A stretch of 64,000 nt of DNA from the human T2T-CHM13v2.0 reference genome, Homo sapiens: the NCBI RefSeq assembly GCF_009914755.1, contig NC_060947.1; one strand, written 5' to 3'. A program made the translations under genes and the position numbers. The notes beneath the pieces are model-generated. The model saw only the letters and a program-made list of their open reading frames with translations, was not told where the DNA came from and did not search any database. The first letter of the stretch is position 1. Each line of letters opens with the position of its first letter. Positions 28,020 through 39,643 of this stretch are shown here, one piece after another.

Positions 28020-30785
28020 TAATTTTTAAAATAAATTGCTATTATTTGAGGTATAATATGCATACATAAAAGTATACAAATGATAAATGTGCATCTTAAC
28101 AAATCATCACAAAGTGAACAGACCCATGTAACTAATCAAAATTAAAAAAACATTTATGGCACTGCAGAAGGCCCCTTGATTTTTCCAATCACTATCTCAT
28201 TCTTCTTTCTCACTGGTAACCACTCTCCTGACTTCTAACAGCATAGATTTGTCTGGTTTGTTTTTTAATTTTTTTTTAAATTGAAGTCTACAGCATGTGT
28301 TCTAGTGTACTCAGTTTCTTTTGCTCAAAATATTTGCTTGGTTCATGTATGTTATATAGTGTAGCAGTATCCATTTATTTTCTTTGCTATATAATATCCT
28401 GTTGGATGGCTATAACACAGTTAATTAATCACTTCTACTGTTGATGGACATTACAGCTGTTTCCAGTTTTGGGCTATTACAAACAATGTTACTATGCATG
28501 CATCCTGAGGGTAAGAGCATATTCTATACCTGCCCTTGAGGATTTTTCTTCTATTCCTGTCCCAGAAGCAGTGAGTTTTTGCCTGGGCTTTGGGGGAGGA
28601 AGGACGTGTTGCCCCTCCACCAATAGCTTAACCTTCACATTGTAGGAAAGAAGGATCCTGGGAAGCAACTGAGCTTCTTGCCTATGGGCCAGCAGCAGCC
28701 AATCACATACTGCACCACTAAGGAAAAAAGTTTCTCTCCTTTCCTGCTCTTCTACTTTGCCCGCAGTCTTCTTCACAAGCACCTGGAGACTTCCCTAAAA
28801 GAGAGTTTGTGAGTGAGGCTGAGCTCTTCTTGTATCTAAAACTTTTAGTTCTCCCAAATTGAGTGTTTCACTCATACTTGCCTTTAAGAATTGGATAAAA
28901 TTTTAGCTTATTTCATCTTGCCTGTATGTGTGGTGGTACCTTTTCTCTTGTGCTCTGCCAAAGATGAAAAAGTTCTATGTTGTGTCTTTCCTTGGAGACA
29001 CTTGTCACTCTTTTGAGTATTTATTTGGTTGTCCTGCAACCTTAACTCTCTGACAGGCTCAAGAAAATTATTTTGTAGATTCCCCATCTTCTTCTCACTG
29101 TAAGAGTGAGAACAGTTTACTCTTGTGTCTTTCTGTATCCTAAGCATAAATGGAACTCTCAACAACGGACATTCTTGTACATATTTTCAGTGTAACTTAT
29201 GTACACATTACTGTTGGGTATATACCTAGAAGTAGAATAGGTGAGCCATGTATGTATGTATACATTCAACTTTAGAGCACATTGCCAGTCTCCTAAAGTG
29301 TTTTACCAATTTACACTCCCACCAGTAGTGTATGAGAGCACCATGAACACTCAGTATCATCATCTGCTGTTGTTATTGTTTTGGCCATCCTCATAGGCAC
29401 ATAGTGGTAACTCATTGTGATTTAACTTGAATTTCTCTGTGAAGAACATTGTCACTTGCACCTTTTAATGTCTTGTGTGATGTTTTTCTCTAGTCGCTTG
29501 TCAGTTTTCTTTTGAGTGTTCATCTTTTTCATATTGATTTGCAGGAATTCTTTATATAACCTAGAAATGAGCTATGAAAGTTATGTGTTACAAATACTGT
29601 CCCTCACTTTGTGGCTTGTTTCTTTGCTCTCTTAATAGTATCTTTTTAAAAAGTCCAATTTATTGAAGTTTAACTTATATACAACAAGTACAATGGAATA
29701 CATACAATAAAATGTACCCATTTTAACTATACTGCTCAATGAATTTTGAAATATATATATATATATGTATATATACCAGAACAATCAAGGTATAGAACAT
29801 TTTTAACACTTCAAAAAATTATCTCCTGCCTCCTCAGTCAATCTCGATCCCCCACTCCTAGCTTCAGGCCAACAATGGTCTACTTTCTGTTGCTATACAT
29901 TAGATCTGTCTTTTCTAGAGATTCACATCAAAGGAATTATATGGTATGTTTTGTTTCTTTATTCTTTTCTTTGTTCTTTGCTCAACACAAAGTTTTTTAG
30001 ATTCATCCATGTTTTATCAGTAGTTTGTTTCTTTTTATTGATGAGTAGTTTAATGTTGACTGTTGATGCATGCTCTTCCTAATATAAATTAGGAAATTTA
30101 TCAATCATTTCCTTTATTGCTAATGTTTTTGAGTTTTTTGAGTGTGAAAAATGTTTGCCTACCCTAAATTTCATGAAGATATTCTCATATTATCTTTTAG
30201 AAGCTTTACTATGTTACCTTTCACATTTAGATCAAAATATATCTAGAAGTGATTTTTGTGTCTATATTGTGATAGAGGTCAAATTTTTATATTCAATATA
30301 GATAACCAAATTATCTCACACCATTTATTGAAAATAACTACCCTTGACTCAGTGCCACCTTTGTCATAAAACAGTGCTCCAATAGTGTGGATACTCTCTA
30401 TCTGCTCGATTGATCTATTTGTCTATCTTTATGGCAATACCACACAACCCTGATTATTATAACTTTATAGTAAAATTTAAAATCAGGTTAGTTTAATTCA
30501 TCCAAATTTGTTCCTCTTTAATATTTTCCTGGCTATTTGTGGTCCTTTGAATTTCTAAATACATTTTAGAATTAGGTTATCATTTTTCCACAAAAAAGTA
30601 CCTGCTGCAATTTTCATTGATTTATAGATCCATTTAGGAATGATTGACATTTTCATAGTATCAAGCCTTCCAATCCATGAACACGTAATGTCCCTCTGTT
30701 TATTTAAGTTTTTTGAATTTTGTCTCCAAATTTTTCTACAATTTTCTGTGTAGACACCTTGCACATCGTTTGCTAGATTTACTAC
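28020..30785 (-). mobile_element. Old L1M (L1MD/ME-like) 3' region with nested L1M pieces (5'UTR-like 28505-29160; second 3' end ~29645-30070)
   Basis: ATTTGAGGTATAATATGCATACATAAAAG, GTTGATGGACATT...GTTTCCAGTTTTGGGCT, CAATTTACACTCCCACCAGTAGTGTATGAGAG. ORF 30555-30764 has CSWIGRL (ORF2-like). Confidence 0.8.
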
Positions 30786-30789
30786 TATG

Positions 30790-31010
30790 GTGAAGTGGAA
30801 ACAGTGTGCTTCCCATCTCTCTCTTCCTTCAAAACTGAGGAACTCATTCGCCTAGGTGCTGGGAGTTTGGTGGTTAAAGGCTATTGGCTGGAGGTTTTCC
30901 AGACATTGCCCTCGGCTGAAGAGAATTGCCTAGCCACAGGTCTCTCTCCCTCCCAATGACTGGTTGATGCCAGAGGAAAGTTATAAAGCCTTGTTACCTT
31001 GCAACAAGGG
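30790..31010 (+). mobile_element. LTR16-like ERVL LTR, 5' part
   Basis: GCCCTCGGCTGAAGAGAATTGCCTAGCCACAGGTC...CCAATGACTGGTTGATGC...TATAAAG matches the recalled LTR16A pattern. Confidence 0.6.
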
Positions 31011-31011
31011 A

Positions 31012-31088
31012 TAGTGTTGTCAGATAAAATACAGGACACCCAGTTATAATTTAAATTTCAGATAATGAGTACTTATACTAATACTTAG
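31012..31088. mobile_element. MER53 fragment
   Basis: TAGTGTTGTCAGATAAAATACAGGACACCCAGTTATAATTTAAATTTCAGATAA. Confidence 0.75.
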
Positions 31089-31094
31089 GAGGGA

Positions 31095-31858
31095 ATTTTT
31101 AATATTGAATGTCTTTTCTTGGTCCTGCAAAGCCAGGCCAGGTGTGAGGGTCTTACACTTGTCTTCTCAAGGGTGTTGCCCTAAAATGCTTAAGTATGCC
31201 TTCCCCAATACCACAGAGTCAATCTGACTGTCTGCATGAGACAGTTGCGCTTGTCATCCATATGGTTATGCTAAGGGAGCTGGCTAGGAGGAAGAGGGAT
31301 GGAAAGACATGCAGAGCATCTGGGGTGATCATGACCCAGTTGAGGCGGGGGCGGAAGTCTACAGGCAAGTTGTCTCAAGTGGTTCTCAGGCAAGCTTTCT
31401 GCTTGAGTTTGTAGAGTGGTTATTAAGGTTCTGCAGCCTCTCTTTCCTGCTCATGGTCTCTCCTAACCACTCAGCTGTGCAGATCACTTCAGTAATCTGG
31501 ATGAGTTCAGAAAGAACTGGGCCTCTTTGATAGCATCTTGTATAATGGGGGGAGCCAGGTGCTCATTCACTACATTCTCACTTTTTTCCATGGGGGAAAT
31601 CACAGGTTGAGGGTGTCTCTGTTAGCACTAAACTTTGTTGCCTTGGAGGAGGGATGATGTGGGTAAATTAACACTGTTCTTACCCTCTTCAAGGCATCTA
31701 TTCATGAATTTTTTGCTCCAACAGTGTGCTGAAACTTCTCTGCTGGACTGTCAGACTCCAACAAAGATGTTCTAATCTGTGGGTACTTGTCAAAATTGAT
31801 GCTTCTGTGGGGAGTGATGACGGTAGAATGCTTCTATTTTGCCATCTTGCTGACATCC
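31095..31858 (-). mobile_element. Old L1M 5'UTR fragment
   Basis: Ends CTTCTATTTTGCCATCTTGCTGACATC, the antisense of an L1 5' terminus carrying the AAGATGGC (YY1) motif. Confidence 0.6.
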
Positions 31859-31864
31859 ATAACC

Positions 31865-32008
31865 ATGCCTATTTGTTTTCACACTGGTTATGACTGCTTT
31901 CACACTAAAATGGCAGAACTGAGTAGTTGTGACAGAGACAAAATAGCCTGTGAATCTAAGCTATTTACTATAGGGACTTTTAAATAAAAAGTTTTCTGAG
32001 CCCTGATC
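31865..32008. mobile_element. MER58A/B fragment
   Basis: ATGGCAGAACTGAGTAGTTGTGACAGAGAC...TATTTACTAT...AAAAGTTTTCTGAGCCCTG. Confidence 0.8.
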
Positions 32009-32124
32009 TATATAATCAAGAGAAATCGCAGATGGATAATCAGAGGGCTGAGGACAATCAGACCAATAAGAAGTCATAATACCTGGCCCAGTTTCAGGAC
32101 TGGATATGAGTAAGTTTTTAGATC

Positions 32125-32280
32125 ATTTTTGATAATCATGATTGGGGGGATGCTACTGGAATCTCGTGGATAGAGGCCAGAGATGCTACTAAACATTTTA
32201 CAATGCATAGGACAGCCCCTCAAAACGAAGATTATCCAGCTCCAAATCCAGTAGTGCTAAGGTTGAGAAACTCTGCTCTA
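32125..32280 (+). mobile_element. MER20 3' half
   Basis: GGGGGGATGCTACTGGAATCTCGTGGATAGAGGCCAGAGATGCTACTAAACAT...AAGGTTGAGAAACTCTG. Confidence 0.85.
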
Positions 32281-32289
32281 AATGTATGT

Positions 32290-35200
32290 ATGGTCATTTA
32301 CTAAGATAACTGCACACTGGGGAAAATGGAATATCCAAATATGTCAAAGTCTATTGAATCTGAGTTGACATTAATACCCAAAGACTAAAATCAGTATTAT
32401 TGACTCACTCCCAGTTGAAGTGGGGATGCATGGGAACCAAGTAATAAATGGAGTTCTAGGCCAAGTTCAACTTATGATGGATCCACAGACCAAGCCAATA
32501 GTTATTTCCCAAGATCCAGTGGAAGTCTCTGAAACTCTCCTCCACTAAAACCCAGTCAAAATAGTAAATAAAAAAATAATATTACTACTCAGATGGAATG
32601 GCACTGATTAGTGCCTTCCTTTAAGACCTTAAGGATGTAAGGGTACTAGTCACTATCATGTCCTCATTTAATTCATCAGTCTGGCCTTAGAATAACTGGA
32701 TATTTACTGCAGGTTTACAGTGGACTCAAGCAAATAATAAGCCTCAATACTAGTTTTGCACCGTCATTTGTATCTTTGCTAGAGCTAACTAAAAAGGCCT
32801 CAGCTACTCGGTATATGGCCACTGAACTGGTGAATATATTCATTTCCATTCCTATCAAGGAGGATTAGAAGCAGTTTGCATTCGGTTGAACACAGAGCAT
32901 CTACATTTATTTTCTTGCCACAAGCATTGTTAGGTAATCTATTCTGTTTAATGTAGTTCTAAGAATTCTAAATTTTCTGAATGTTTTGCAGAGCATTATA
33001 TTGGTGCACTATATCAATGATGTCATGTTAATCAGACAAGATGGTAAATAAGTGGCAAGTATTTTGAAGGCATTAGAAAGAAATGTTAGTACCAGGAAGT
33101 GGGAGATAAACTCTATAAACATTAAGCTCATGACACTATTAATTTTTTTAGAGTCCAGTGATCTGCAGTATGGTAAAACAACCCCTTCAAAGTAAAAGGA
33201 AACTTATTTCATTATACCTCTCACCACTAAGAAGAGAGAACAATGCCCAATAGAGGTTCTAGAGGCAGCATATTCCATATTTTAGGATACAGATGCCCCT
33301 CAGCTTATGATATGGTTATGTCCCAATAAACCCATCATAAGTTGAAAATATTGTCAGTCAAAAATGCATTTAATACACCAAACTTACCAAACATCATAGC
33401 TTAGCGTAGCTTACCTTAAACATGCTCAGGACACTTAGCCTACAACTGGGCAACATCATCTTGCTATACAGTATACTTTAGACTATCAGTTGTATATCCT
33501 TGTTATTGTGTGACTTACTGGGAACTGTGGCTCACTGCTGCTGCCCAGTATTGAAAGAGTATTGTGCCACATATCACTAGCACAGGAAAAGACCAAAAAT
33601 CTAAGTACAATTTCTACTGAATACGTATGACTTTCCACTATAGTAAAGTTAAAGAATCGTTAAGTCAAGGGCATCATAAATTGGAGACCATCTGTACTAC
33701 TCAATACACCACATGATGATGTGAAAGGCTGCCAACTTTGTACAGGGTTTAGAGCATAAAAAGGCTCTGGAGCAGGACCAGGCTACCATGTAAGCAGCCT
33801 TGTTGTTTGAGATATATGACACAACACACACTATGGTATTCAAGATACCAGAGATGGGAAAAGATGCCATGTTGAATTTATCACACATTCCCAATAGCAG
33901 AATCACAATTTAGACCCCACGTGTTTTAGTGCAAGGTCATGCCACCTGAAGTGGAAAATTATATACCATTTGAAATGCTTTTGAGCCATAGTAGAAATGG
34001 AGCATCTCATCATGGAACATCAAGTGATCTTGTCATATAGCCAGAACTGCCCAATGTGAGTAAGATTCTAAGAGATCCTAGACTGCATTGTAAGGTTTGA
34101 TGGACCTAAATGCAGATGCGGTACATCTGGAATTGGTCATGATCAGGGCCAGAGGGCACAAGTAAGCTGCACGAGTAGATGGACCAGGTTTCCATGTCAT
34201 CCATCACTATCGCATTTGCACCTCCCCCTCAGCCCACATTGAGGCCACATTATTTATGGTAGTGGTAGTTATAGGGTATCCTTTAGGGTTGGCTGAGGGG
34301 TGAGGAAAAATACCAAGCTTGGTTCATAGATGGGTTAATTCAGTATGGGGATGTAAGCCAAAAGTGTACTTCTGGTGTACAATAGCCCTGCTCAGAATGA
34401 CATTGAGCCTGAACACACTGAGTCATTCACTCTGTCTAGAAGACAGATTTCAGGGGAAATTCTTCCAAGGAACATATCTTCAGGTAGTACACTTAGTTAT
34501 TCATTTTGTGTGGAAAAAGAAGTGGTCTGAGTTGACAATGTGTAACAGAAAGATCAAGGACAAGAAAGTCCAAGAAAGAGGCATGTGATATACCCAGGAG
34601 AATGTGGATAGACCTACAGGAGTGGGCATCAGATGTGAAGATTTTTGAATCACATATTAAAGCTCACCAAAAATAATCTGACATTTAAAAGGCACTAACA
34701 AGCAAGTAGACAGAATGATTTGGTAAGGTGACACTGCCTAGCCTTTGTCATTGACAACCTCAACGCAGACACAATGGGAACATAAATGGAGCAATCAAGG
34801 TGGCAGGAATGAAGGCTATGCACGGTCCAAATACAGTGGAGTGCCACTACCAAAGCTGATTTAGCTACTGCCTCTACCAAAAATCCAACCTGCCAGCAAT
34901 AGAGACCAATGTTGAGTCTCCAACAGCGTACCATCCCTCAAGGAAACCAGCCAGTGTTTAGGTGGCAAATTGATTACATCAAATGCCTTCTGCGTTGGAA
35001 GCACAACAATTCATGTTGACTGAAACTGACTCCTATCCTGGGTATGGATATGATTTTTCTATATACAGAGCCTCAAATACCACTGTTTGAGTGCTCACAG
35101 AATGTTTGATCCACTGACGTGTGATCCCACATGTATTGCATAGACTATGAAACTTATTTTACAGCAAAGGAAGTGCAGCAGTGGGTGTCTCACCATAAGA

Positions 35201-35450
35201 TGCACTGGTCTTATCATATCTACAATACCCAGAAGTTGCTAGCCTGATAGAGCAATAGTGCAGCTTTTTGAAAGTGATAACCAGATTGAAGATGATATCC
35301 TATGAGAATGAAGTGCCGTCCTCCAGAATGTAGTATACACTCTAAATCAATGACCACTGTATTGTGTTGAAACCCTAATAAGTAGATTACATAGGCCTGG
35401 AAAACAAAGAATTGAAGTAGCCTTGCTTACCATAAACTCTGAGTCACCCA
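32290..35450 (+). mobile_element. Decayed ERVL-class internal region (pro-pol; HERV16/ERV3-16A3-like)
   Basis: RT active-site relic LVHYINDVML at 33001-33030 (YIDD changed to YIND). Integrase relic WQIDYI at 34963. No long ORF. Confidence 0.8.
33290..33694. mobile_element. MER47A-like TcMar-Tigger element inserted in ERVL pol
   Basis: TA|CAGATGCCCCTCAGCTTATGAT...ATCATAAATTGGAGACCATCTG|TA: terminal inverted repeats and TA TSD. Confidence 0.85.
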
Positions 35451-36191
35451 CTAATTAATTCTAGTAGTTTGTCAAGAGAAGATTTTCCCTCTATTTTCTA
35501 CTTACGTAATCATGTTGTTCATGAATAATGATACTTTTGTCTTCTTTTTTAATTCTTCTGCCTTTTCTATCTTTTTCTTGCCTAATTGTACTGGCTAAGA
35601 CATCAAGTACAATGTTGAATAGAGGGGGTAATAGCAAACCTCTTTGTCTTATTTCTCATCTCAGAAGGAAATTTATAACATTTCACCACTGAATATGATG
35701 TCTGCTGCACATGTTTTAAATGTGTGTTGATCAGACACTTCTTTTTATTTATAATTTTCTAGCAATTCATTTTTTGCTTCTCAGTAGTTGTTGATATTTA
35801 TCACACTTTTTATGCATCTATTGACATGATCATAAGTTTTTTTATGTTTTTAATGTGATATACATTAGCTGATTTTAGTTGGAATATTTTAATAGTAATT
35901 ATTAATTTATATACAGTAAATTTCACTCTTATGGAGTACGGTTCTATGATTTTTGTGTAAAGCATGCAGTCCACTAACCATCATCATCAATCAAGATAAA
36001 GAACAATTCAATCACCTGAAAAAATTTCCTCATACTCCTTATTGTACTAAACTCACATATCTCAACTCTGGAAATCACTGATCTGTTCTTGGTCCTTATA
36101 GGCTTGGCTTTTCCAAAATGTCATATGAATTCAATCATACAGTAAGTAGCCTTTTGACTCTCACTTCTTTCACTAAGAATAATGGATTTGA

Positions 36192-36516
<325 letters not shown>

Positions 36517-36667
36517 CGGGATCAATTTTTTTAAACCTTTTATCAAAGAGTAGTATTTCATTATAAGGAGGAACTACAGTTTGTTTACCCATGCAGCCAC
36601 TGAAGGAAGTTTGGATTGTTTCCAGTTTTGTGATTATGGATTATCAATAAAATCACTCAAAATATTT

Positions 36668-37335
36668 CCGGGGCCCCGCCCACCCGACCATAGAGACACC
36701 GCATGGCTAGAGAAACTTCCATGATGTTCTGGGCTGCGAACGAAAACAGAACCAAAGCGTCAGAAAGGAGCGGGTGAAGGGGCGCGGCCGTTGCCAGGGC
36801 ATCTTCTTAGCGTCGGGCAGGGCTGGTGAGTCAACTAGTGACAGTGGCGAGGAAGTGGGGGCGCGGAGCAAGCGAGACGAAGGCTGAAGGGAGCTAGGAA
36901 AAGGGCGCTGATCTCTGCAGCCTGGGAGGGCTTTTGTCCCCTGGAGGAAGGCCAGAAGAGATGGGGTCCCGAGGGCAGGGCTCACACAGCAAGAAAACGA
37001 GGAGCATGCCTGTCATTTTGAGCCCACAGAGAACGGGGAGTGGAGCCACTGGAGGACCGGCTGCTCGGGTTTATTCGGTAGCCGAGGCGGTTAAACAGTT
37101 CAGGGCTGGACCAGCCCGGACTGGAGCAGGGTGCAGCCTCCAGGGTTGCTGGGCAGCACCGAGACCCTTTGAGCACCGAACGGATAAACTACGGGAGCTT
37201 TCCGCACTTGCACATTGTTCCCGCGAGTTGCAGACGCAGGTTCCTGATGCTAGCGCTCATTCCTTGGCAGTCACCCTCAGTGAACTTCACAGTTGCCGTG
37301 ACCTTCAGGATGAATGCTTGGATTCCAGGTGCGAC
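36668..37335. promoter_or_regulatory. CpG-rich copy of the CCDC121/GPN1 overlapping 5' region
   Basis: Many retained CpGs in an otherwise CpG-poor window. GC box CCCCGCCCAC (36674), ETS cores ACTTCC (36715) and GAGGAAGTG (36849), RFX X-box-like GTTGCCAGGGCATC (36790) and GTTGCTGGGCAGC (37145). Confidence 0.5.
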
Positions 37336-37338
37336 TAG
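36961..37338 (+). pseudogene. Upstream ORF (MGSRGQGSHSKK..., 125 aa), probable frame-disconnected N-terminal extension of a long CCDC121 isoform
   Basis: ATG at 36961 and TAG at 37336-37338. The next frame is open through RFAEGPRRLL... into the main ORF. Confidence 0.55.
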
Positions 37339-37456
37339 GTTTGCTGAGGGCCCCAGAAGGCTCCTTCCACCGTATCATAGTCTAATAAATAATTTTGTCA
37401 AGCCAGAGAAGCTAACAAAGGTAGAGACAAGCCTTAAAGAAAAGATAGTGGCGGAA

Positions 37457-38296
37457 ATGACGGATCTGAACAAGCATATAAAACAAGCTCAAACCCAGCG
37501 GGAACAGCTACTGGAGGAATCCAGGGAGCTACACCGAGAAAAGTTACTTGTCCAGGCTGAAAACAGATTCTTTCTGGAATACCTGACTAACAAAACTGAA
37601 GAGTACACAAAGCAACCTGAGAAGGTATGGAACAGCTATTTACAAAAAAGTAGAGAGATTGAGCGAAGAAGACAAGAATCAGCCTTCAGGTGTGCCGAAC
37701 AAATTTCAGTGCTTAAAGCAGCGCTCTTGCAAAAGGAAAATATCCAATCCAGTTTGAAGCGGAAGTTGCAGGCAATGAGGGACATTGCTATATTAAAGGA
37801 AAAGCAGGAGAAAGAAATACAGACATTACAGGAGGAGACAAAGAAAGTCCAAGCTGAGACAGCTGCAAAGACACGGGAAGTACAGGCTCAGCTCCTCCAG
37901 GAGAAAAGATTACTGGAGAAACAACTGAGCGAGCCAGACAAGAGGCTATTGGGAAAGAGAAAAAGAAGAGAGCTTAATATGAAGGCCCAGGCCTTGAAGT
38001 TGGCAGCAAAGCGGTTTATTTTTGAATACTCCTCTGGCATCAAGAGAGAGAACCAGCAGTTCAAGAAGGAATTACTGCAGCTAATTGAGCAAGCCCAGAA
38101 ACTAACGGCTACTCAAAGCCACTTAGAAAACAGGAAGCAGCAGCTGCAGCAGGAACAGTGGTATCTGGAGTCCTTAATCCGGGCGAGGCAGAGACTGCAA
38201 GGAAGTCATAATCAGTGCCTAAATAGGATGTTCCAAAGACCACACCCAGTCTTCCCCAAGGCACCAAATCAAGGATTAATCCAAAGTAACTCCTAA
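37457..38296 (+). CDS. CCDC121: Uninterrupted 279-aa CCDC121-derived coiled-coil ORF with a frameshifted C-terminal tail; expression unknown
   Basis: ATG at 37457 in GAAATGA context with no stop until 38294. The parental tail DVPKTTPSLPQGTKSRINPK* is present in another frame (38227-38289). Confidence 0.45.
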   Translation: MTDLNKHIKQAQTQREQLLEESRELHREKLLVQAENRFFLEYLTNKTEEYTKQPEKVWNSYLQKSREIERRRQESAFRCAEQISVLKAALLQKENIQSSLKRKLQAMRDIAILKEKQEKEIQTLQEETKKVQAETAAKTREVQAQLLQEKRLLEKQLSEPDKRLLGKRKRRELNMKAQALKLAAKRFIFEYSSGIKRENQQFKKELLQLIEQAQKLTATQSHLENRKQQLQQEQWYLESLIRARQRLQGSHNQCLNRMFQRPHPVFPKAPNQGLIQSNS

Positions 38297-39600
38297 AATA
38301 ACACTGATTAAATAAGAACTGGAGCAAGTACTCTTAAGTGCTACATTAACCTGGTTAGAAAGGCTTTTGGATTCCAGATTGCTATTGTAAAATCTCTATC
38401 ATGATGTGTTGGAGTGAAGGATTAGATGGTTTTATCCAACAGTCCTACTAGATATTTGGTAACCAGCTTCCCTTAACTAGCTTTTTCTTTAAATACTCTT
38501 GTTAATAAGCTATTCCACAAACCTCCTGTTAACCTAACACATGACCCTAACCTAGCCATTTACCATACATCAAACTAGCTAAAGGAAACCAACCTAAGGA
38601 GGTGAAAACAGTTGTGATTTATTTCATCTAGCTAAATTATATTTCTTTATAGAGAAAGTACCTTTAAGGATAGCATTCCAAATAGACTTTGAATAGCGTT
38701 CTGCTCAGTAAATAACCAGTATCAGTTTATCCTCATTCCTTTTGACCAACTTAGCAGACAAAAGCAGTTTTTATAAGCTCTTCGTGAGTTTGTGCCAGTG
38801 ACCAGGTAGCTCCTTTTAGTTTTCTTATGAGTGAAAAAGCATTCTGATAACAGCAAGTCCAGTAAGTGCTAGGCAGAGTGACCTTTCATCTGTTGCTAAG
38901 CCCCTACAAGTTTAATTGAGAAGGTAAGAAAAGATGAAGGAGACATATATTAGGTCAGCTCTTTTGAAAATGTTTTATTTGAAGAAACACCTGTAGCATT
39001 GAGGTGACTGAATGCCTCCGCTCATTTCAGGAAAACCTATCCAAAAAAAGTTGAAATATTTGGACAACTTTTTTTTAAGTGCCATCGATTTCCCTAGCAG
39101 CATTCTAAAAGATAGCAAGTAAAATGATGTTTGTTATCCTAAATGCTTTAGTTTTAGGTCATTTATTAATTTTCTTACAGGTGCACTTTCTAGTACATGA
39201 AGTATCTTTTGTAATTAATGTGTACCATATGTTTATTCCCATTTAGTATAACTGTATATTTTAAATTATATATTTCTAGGATAGTTATATTTTTTGGGGG
39301 TTCTACAACATTGAAGTTGGACTAGTGATTTATTTGAATGCTGAATCCTAGTATAGGGGAATATAATCTCATATTTTAACATGGGTCCTCTATGGGAAAA
39401 TAGGATGAACTTTGTTTCCCAGAAATTGTTAGTGATGAAAAACTTCAAAATAATTTTCCTGCATTTTCCGCTTTATTTACATGTAAATTGAATTCCCTGA
39501 AAATTGGATTTAAAAAGGATTCTCCTTCAATGTGCCTTTACCTTGTAGCTTTAACAACTTTTCTGTTAAATATGTAGTTTTTTATTAAACAATGTTATTA

Positions 39601-39606
39601 AATAAA
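39601..39606 (+). terminator. Polyadenylation signal of the retrocopied mRNA
   Basis: AATAAA 16 nt upstream of the residual A tail (39623-39629). Confidence 0.8.
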
Positions 39607-39643
39607 AACATTTATCCACTGGAAAAAAATATTTCTGAAGGGG

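Larger units (their letters stand above)
36669..39629 (+). pseudogene. CCDC121: Processed retrocopy of CCDC121 mRNA (probably the annotated CCDC121P1 or an orthologue)
   Basis: ORF MTDLNKHIKQAQTQREQLLEESRELHREKLLVQAENRFFLEYL... recognised as CCDC121. GC-rich 5' region, ~1.3 kb 3'UTR, AATAAA at 39601, A7 tail and TSD AAAATATTTC (36659-36668 / 39626-39635). Inserted inside an old L1M. Confidence 0.93.

Noticed and set aside
37169-37456. N-terminal 96 codons of the 375-aa track ORF
   Set aside because: Starts at TTG, and its first part is an alternative frame of the upstream ORF. The recognisable protein starts at ATG 37457.
36669-39629. This being the parental CCDC121/GPN1 locus
   Set aside because: GPN1 similarity stops after 11 codons, and the segment has a TSD and A tail and interrupts an L1M.
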